Assembly (NCBI GenBank): GCA_035943485.1
Contig: DASZCC010000427.1
Location: 6,460 to 70,459 of the forward strand
DNA: 64,000 bases
Origin: Rhizomicrobium sp.
GTDB lineage: Bacteria; Pseudomonadota; Alphaproteobacteria; Micropepsales; Micropepsaceae
Reading direction: 5' to 3'
Under the pieces are notes generated by a model, which searched no databases, was not told where the DNA came from, and saw only the letters and a list, made by a program, of their open reading frames with translations. Shown here one piece after another: positions 61,501-64,000 of this stretch (position 1 is the stretch's first letter; every line of letters starts with the position of its first letter). Position numbers and translations under genes: made by a program.

Positions 61501-64000
61501 ATCGGCAACGGCACGGACTTCTCGAGCTATCCGGTCTCCGGAAACGTGACCGTCACCGCGAATCTCGTGACGATGGAAGCCGTCGCGGGCGGTGCCGCAG
61601 TGCAGATAGGCAATGGCGCTCACGACGACACGGGCAGCGCCACAGGCACGGTTACTGTGAACGCCGGCACACTCGTCATGTCGACGGCGGCCGCCAACGA
61701 GTACGTCCTGCTCGGTACCGGCGGTGTCGGCGACACCGGTGCCCTGTCCGGCAACATAAATGTCTTTGCATCCGGCAGCGTGTCGCTCAGCTCGTTCGAT
61801 CCGACATCACCCAGCGTCTACATCGCGCATCTCGGCAATGCGACAGGTGACGTGACCGTCGTTGCCAACCAGATCACCGGTATCGATCCGAGCTTCGGTG
61901 CTGTATCGGACGGTGATTTCGTGCTTGAGGTGACCGGCGCTGTCGGGTTCACGGCTTCCAGTCAGGACAACATCTTCAGCGGTCCGCACAATCTCTACAT
62001 CCTGTCGGCCGGGCCAGTGACGATTCCCGGAAAAATCGAGAACACCGGCTCCGGTGGCATCACCATCGACGCTGGCTGGGACACGGGAGCAACTGACCTG
62101 ACCCAGTTGCAGACGCCCGGCGCGTTCGGCAACAACGGCGGCACACTTACGATCGGTGGTTCAAGCGGCGGAGTGGCGGTCGGCAGCGCCGGCGGTCCGC
62201 TCGTCCTTCTTGCGTCGACGCTGACACTTGATGGCTCGGCAGGTTATGCGCAGGCCGGCGATCATGGCGCCGGCGGTGGCGCGATAACGATTGCGACGAC
62301 CGGTAATCTCGTGATGTCGGGCAACGCGCATGACACGATGATCGGCAACGGTTCGCCGGGCACCGATGTCACCGGCAATGTCACTGGTGACATCGACATC
62401 GCCGTGGCTGGACAGACAAGTTTCGTAATCGCGTCCGGCGGCACGGCATGGGTCGGCAATCGCACTGCGTCGGGAAGTGAGACCGGCAACGTTGTCCTCG
62501 TGACCGCCACCTCCGATGGGGGATCGAGTTGTTCAATCTCCTGTTTCGCCACTGCCGATCTCGTCGGTGGCGATTTCACGATCGGCTATACGGGTCAGGG
62601 CGTTGAGGGCAACAATGACGGGCCTGGTCTTTATAACAGCAGCCACACGCTGAACATTCTGGCTGCCGGAAATCTCGCGATCCTGAACTCGGTGCAGAAT
62701 GCGGGCAGCGGCACGATCAATGTTGTTTCCGGCTGGGATGGTCACACGCTTGATCCAACGCAGTTTGGCAATAGCGGTGTCTATGGCAACAACGGCGCGG
62801 GTCTTCTGATCGGCGGTTCGAGCGCAAACGGCAGTGTGGCGATCGGCAGTGCCGGCGGTCCGCTCAATATCTATGGCAACAATGTGCTGGCCAATGCGGT
62901 GAATGGTTACGCACAGATCGGCTATCATGGTGCCAGTACCAGCGCGATCCTTCTGCGCACTATCGGAACCGTGACGCTTGATGGTGGTGCAGAGAGTGGA
63001 CTCTACACGCAGATCGGCAATGGCGGCCTCGGCACCGTCGGCTCGAACAGTGGAAGCATCACAGTCACCGCGAACGGCGACCTGACTCTGACCGCCGGCA
63101 CAGCCGACGAGACCTATGCGCAGATCGGTCATGGCGGCGCCGAATCCAATCCGAATTCAGCCGCCTATTCGAACAACGCACCGATCACCGTCACGGCGGC
63201 GAACGTGATCCTCGATGGTGGCGCGGTCGAGGCATACGCCCAGATTGGCAATGGCGGCTTCAGGGCCGGCGAGGGACTTACCGGCACGGCTCTCAACGGC
63301 GGCAATATCACGGTCAACTCCTCGTACAATGTCACGCTCGCCGCCGGTTCTGGCAGCAATGCCTACGCCCAGATCGGCAATGGTGGCGGTCAGAACAATC
63401 TCAATCCCGCGTCAACGGCCTCTGGCGTTGATTCCGGCGACATAACGGTCACCGCACCGAATGGCACGGCGGGCTCGGTGACTCTGACGGCGGGCACAGG
63501 CGCCAACGCCTATGCGCAGATCGGCAATGGCGGCTACAACGTCAACGGCACGACGGCGACGGTTACCACCGTGAGTTTTTCGATTACGGGCAATGTCACA
63601 GTGTCCGATCTCGCGCTGAAGGGCGGCGACAGCAACGCGAATTCGTACGCCCAGATCGGTGAGGGTGACGCGTCCTTAAACTCGCTCGGCAATGTCAGCG
63701 GTACGATCGTGACCAACACGGGCGGCGTGCCGACCACGCTCACCAATGGTTTGGCCGCAAATTCACCCGCCAAGATCGGCAATTTCACCGGGGACGGTAC
63801 AGACACCTCAAGTGGCGGCGGCTCAGGCGGTGGCAGCGGTGGAGGGGACGGCGGTGGCGGAACACCTCCGCCAACAGGCGACATCCTCGACGACCCAACA
63901 ACTCATGGCGCTATCGTGGATGCAGTCCAGCCGCCCCCCTCAAAGGGCACTGTGATTACGACAATCGTGCTCAACGATCTCCCGCCCAGCGATACCGGCG
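58585..64000 (+). CDS. TpsA filamentous-hemagglutinin-like exoprotein, more than 1800 aa, continues past the window
   Basis: Not in the ORF track because no stop falls within the window. Signal peptide MNSTSAAIVRSLLLGTSCL...AHA; TPS domain INWQSFSV, FNQP, LNRVTG, INGNGILFG, GGLIATT; later GGFVETSG and GTWLLDP; Gly/Asn/Thr-rich beta-helical repeats. Confidence 0.92.
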   Translation, partial: MNSTSAAIVRSLLLGTSCLSVVSMVPAHAQPGGGTVAAGHATIAGGANLTTINQTTNKAVINWQSFSVAAGGTVQFNQPGAKSVTLNRVTGTDPSAINGAVNANGQVWIINGNGILFGKGAQVNVGGLIATTSDIADGDFMSGTNNFSGGTSASVVNQGTIRAKNGGSVVLSSAHVSNEGLIQADAGSVVLGGASAFTVDFDGDNLLRYAITAPADQASVANSGAIQANSGGHVILTARAAEAVADNVVNNSGMISATSAKSENGEVVLDAGQGGTVNVSGNVTATGNGQGQTGGTVAITGSTVRVADNATIDASGSAGGGTVNIGGNAHGQGPLQNADNTSVGDATIRVDATRTGNGGTLVVWSNGLTDFSGIVSAIGGAVSGNGGFVETSGHHLNVAPTATVDTHAPKGSTGTWLLDPDDLIIQTGGSGTLNGGNILLTDNPGGTTVVDPATITTALATTDVTLEAAQQLNVVDPVVYTSSHALNLLSEGTVSVDNSVQNAGTGAITIVAGWNGTTAPGAIVATPGSYGSLDVNGTPRALTLSSGEGGPDVEVGSKGGLTTIAGGNVDLTNFGNGTVQIGYHGADATGAIVVRGTGEVLLDGNVGNVLIGNGSPGGDVTGPISGDIDVRSAGTIDLNQSSGTAWVGNRTGTANAETGDVIMIAGDNNSTSNVDITTLIAADLQGGNFLLGSTDTTPTEVAALSYSSTHTLSLLAAGDLDVSGDVLNSGTGAINLVAGWDGTTVAPASFGNPGAFGLNGAILAVGGSSATGAAAVGSAGGATSAFGADVDVDAANASAQLGYRGAGTGAITVQATDSVGVIAEASNAFAVIGNGDVGTSAHGAITILAPNGVSVAATGTSDAAKIGNGLNNSSGTVGGHILIAAGTGTVGVVNTGNSGYAQIGNGGDGNTGNISGVVTVNAGDVVVSTSGSNEFAFIGNGNAHSTGTVTGDVNVTATTVSLVAGGDIQTVKIGNGTDFSSYPVSGNVTVTANLVTMEAVAGGAAVQIGNGAHDDTGSATGTVTVNAGTLVMSTAAANEYVLLGTGGVGDTGALSGNINVFASGSVSLSSFDPTSPSVYIAHLGNATGDVTVVANQITGIDPSFGAVSDGDFVLEVTGAVGFTASSQDNIFSGPHNLYILSAGPVTIPGKIENTGSGGITIDAGWDTGATDLTQLQTPGAFGNNGGTLTIGGSSGGVAVGSAGGPLVLLASTLTLDGSAGYAQAGDHGAGGGAITIATTGNLVMSGNAHDTMIGNGSPGTDVTGNVTGDIDIAVAGQTSFVIASGGTAWVGNRTASGSETGNVVLVTATSDGGSSCSISCFATADLVGGDFTIGYTGQGVEGNNDGPGLYNSSHTLNILAAGNLAILNSVQNAGSGTINVVSGWDGHTLDPTQFGNSGVYGNNGAGLLIGGSSANGSVAIGSAGGPLNIYGNNVLANAVNGYAQIGYHGASTSAILLRTIGTVTLDGGAESGLYTQIGNGGLGTVGSNSGSITVTANGDLTLTAGTADETYAQIGHGGAESNPNSAAYSNNAPITVTAANVILDGGAVEAYAQIGNGGFRAGEGLTGTALNGGNITVNSSYNVTLAAGSGSNAYAQIGNGGGQNNLNPASTASGVDSGDITVTAPNGTAGSVTLTAGTGANAYAQIGNGGYNVNGTTATVTTVSFSITGNVTVSDLALKGGDSNANSYAQIGEGDASLNSLGNVSGTIVTNTGGVPTTLTNGLAANSPAKIGNFTGDGTDTSSGGGSGGGSGGGDGGGGTPPPTGDILDDPTTHGAIVDAVQPPPSKGTVITTIVLNDLPPSDTG

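Overview
GC-rich alphaproteobacterial chromosomal segment. Gene content and order suggest a Caulobacterales/Micropepsales-like lineage (inference, not a database result). Most of it is core genome: phaR-phaA-phaB, ccmABCD-ccmG, yciB-ftsY-mtaB-dapF, ffh-rpsP-rimM-trmD-rplS, ppa, HU, mdh, suhB-efp-thiE-fba-pgk-gap-tkt, zapA-6S RNA-ygfA-ymdB and ahpCD. Interspersed are two type II toxin-antitoxin pairs (HigBA, BrnTA), several transporters and enzymes, and five palindromic intergenic repeat elements. The last ~10 kb looks accessory: a stand-alone NRPS-like A-T-TE enzyme whose A domain lacks the amino-acid-binding Asp, then a two-partner secretion pair whose >1800-codon TpsA is absent from the ORF track because it runs off the window. 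The most unusual non-coding features cluster around ahpCD: a cuckoo/suhB-like double hairpin between ahpC and ahpD, an Irr-box-like palindrome upstream of ahpC, and an RpoH-like promoter leading to tandem dipeptide minigenes. No tRNA, rRNA, CRISPR array, integrase or transposase was seen. I found no unambiguous new system; the best candidates carry the highest interest scores in findings.
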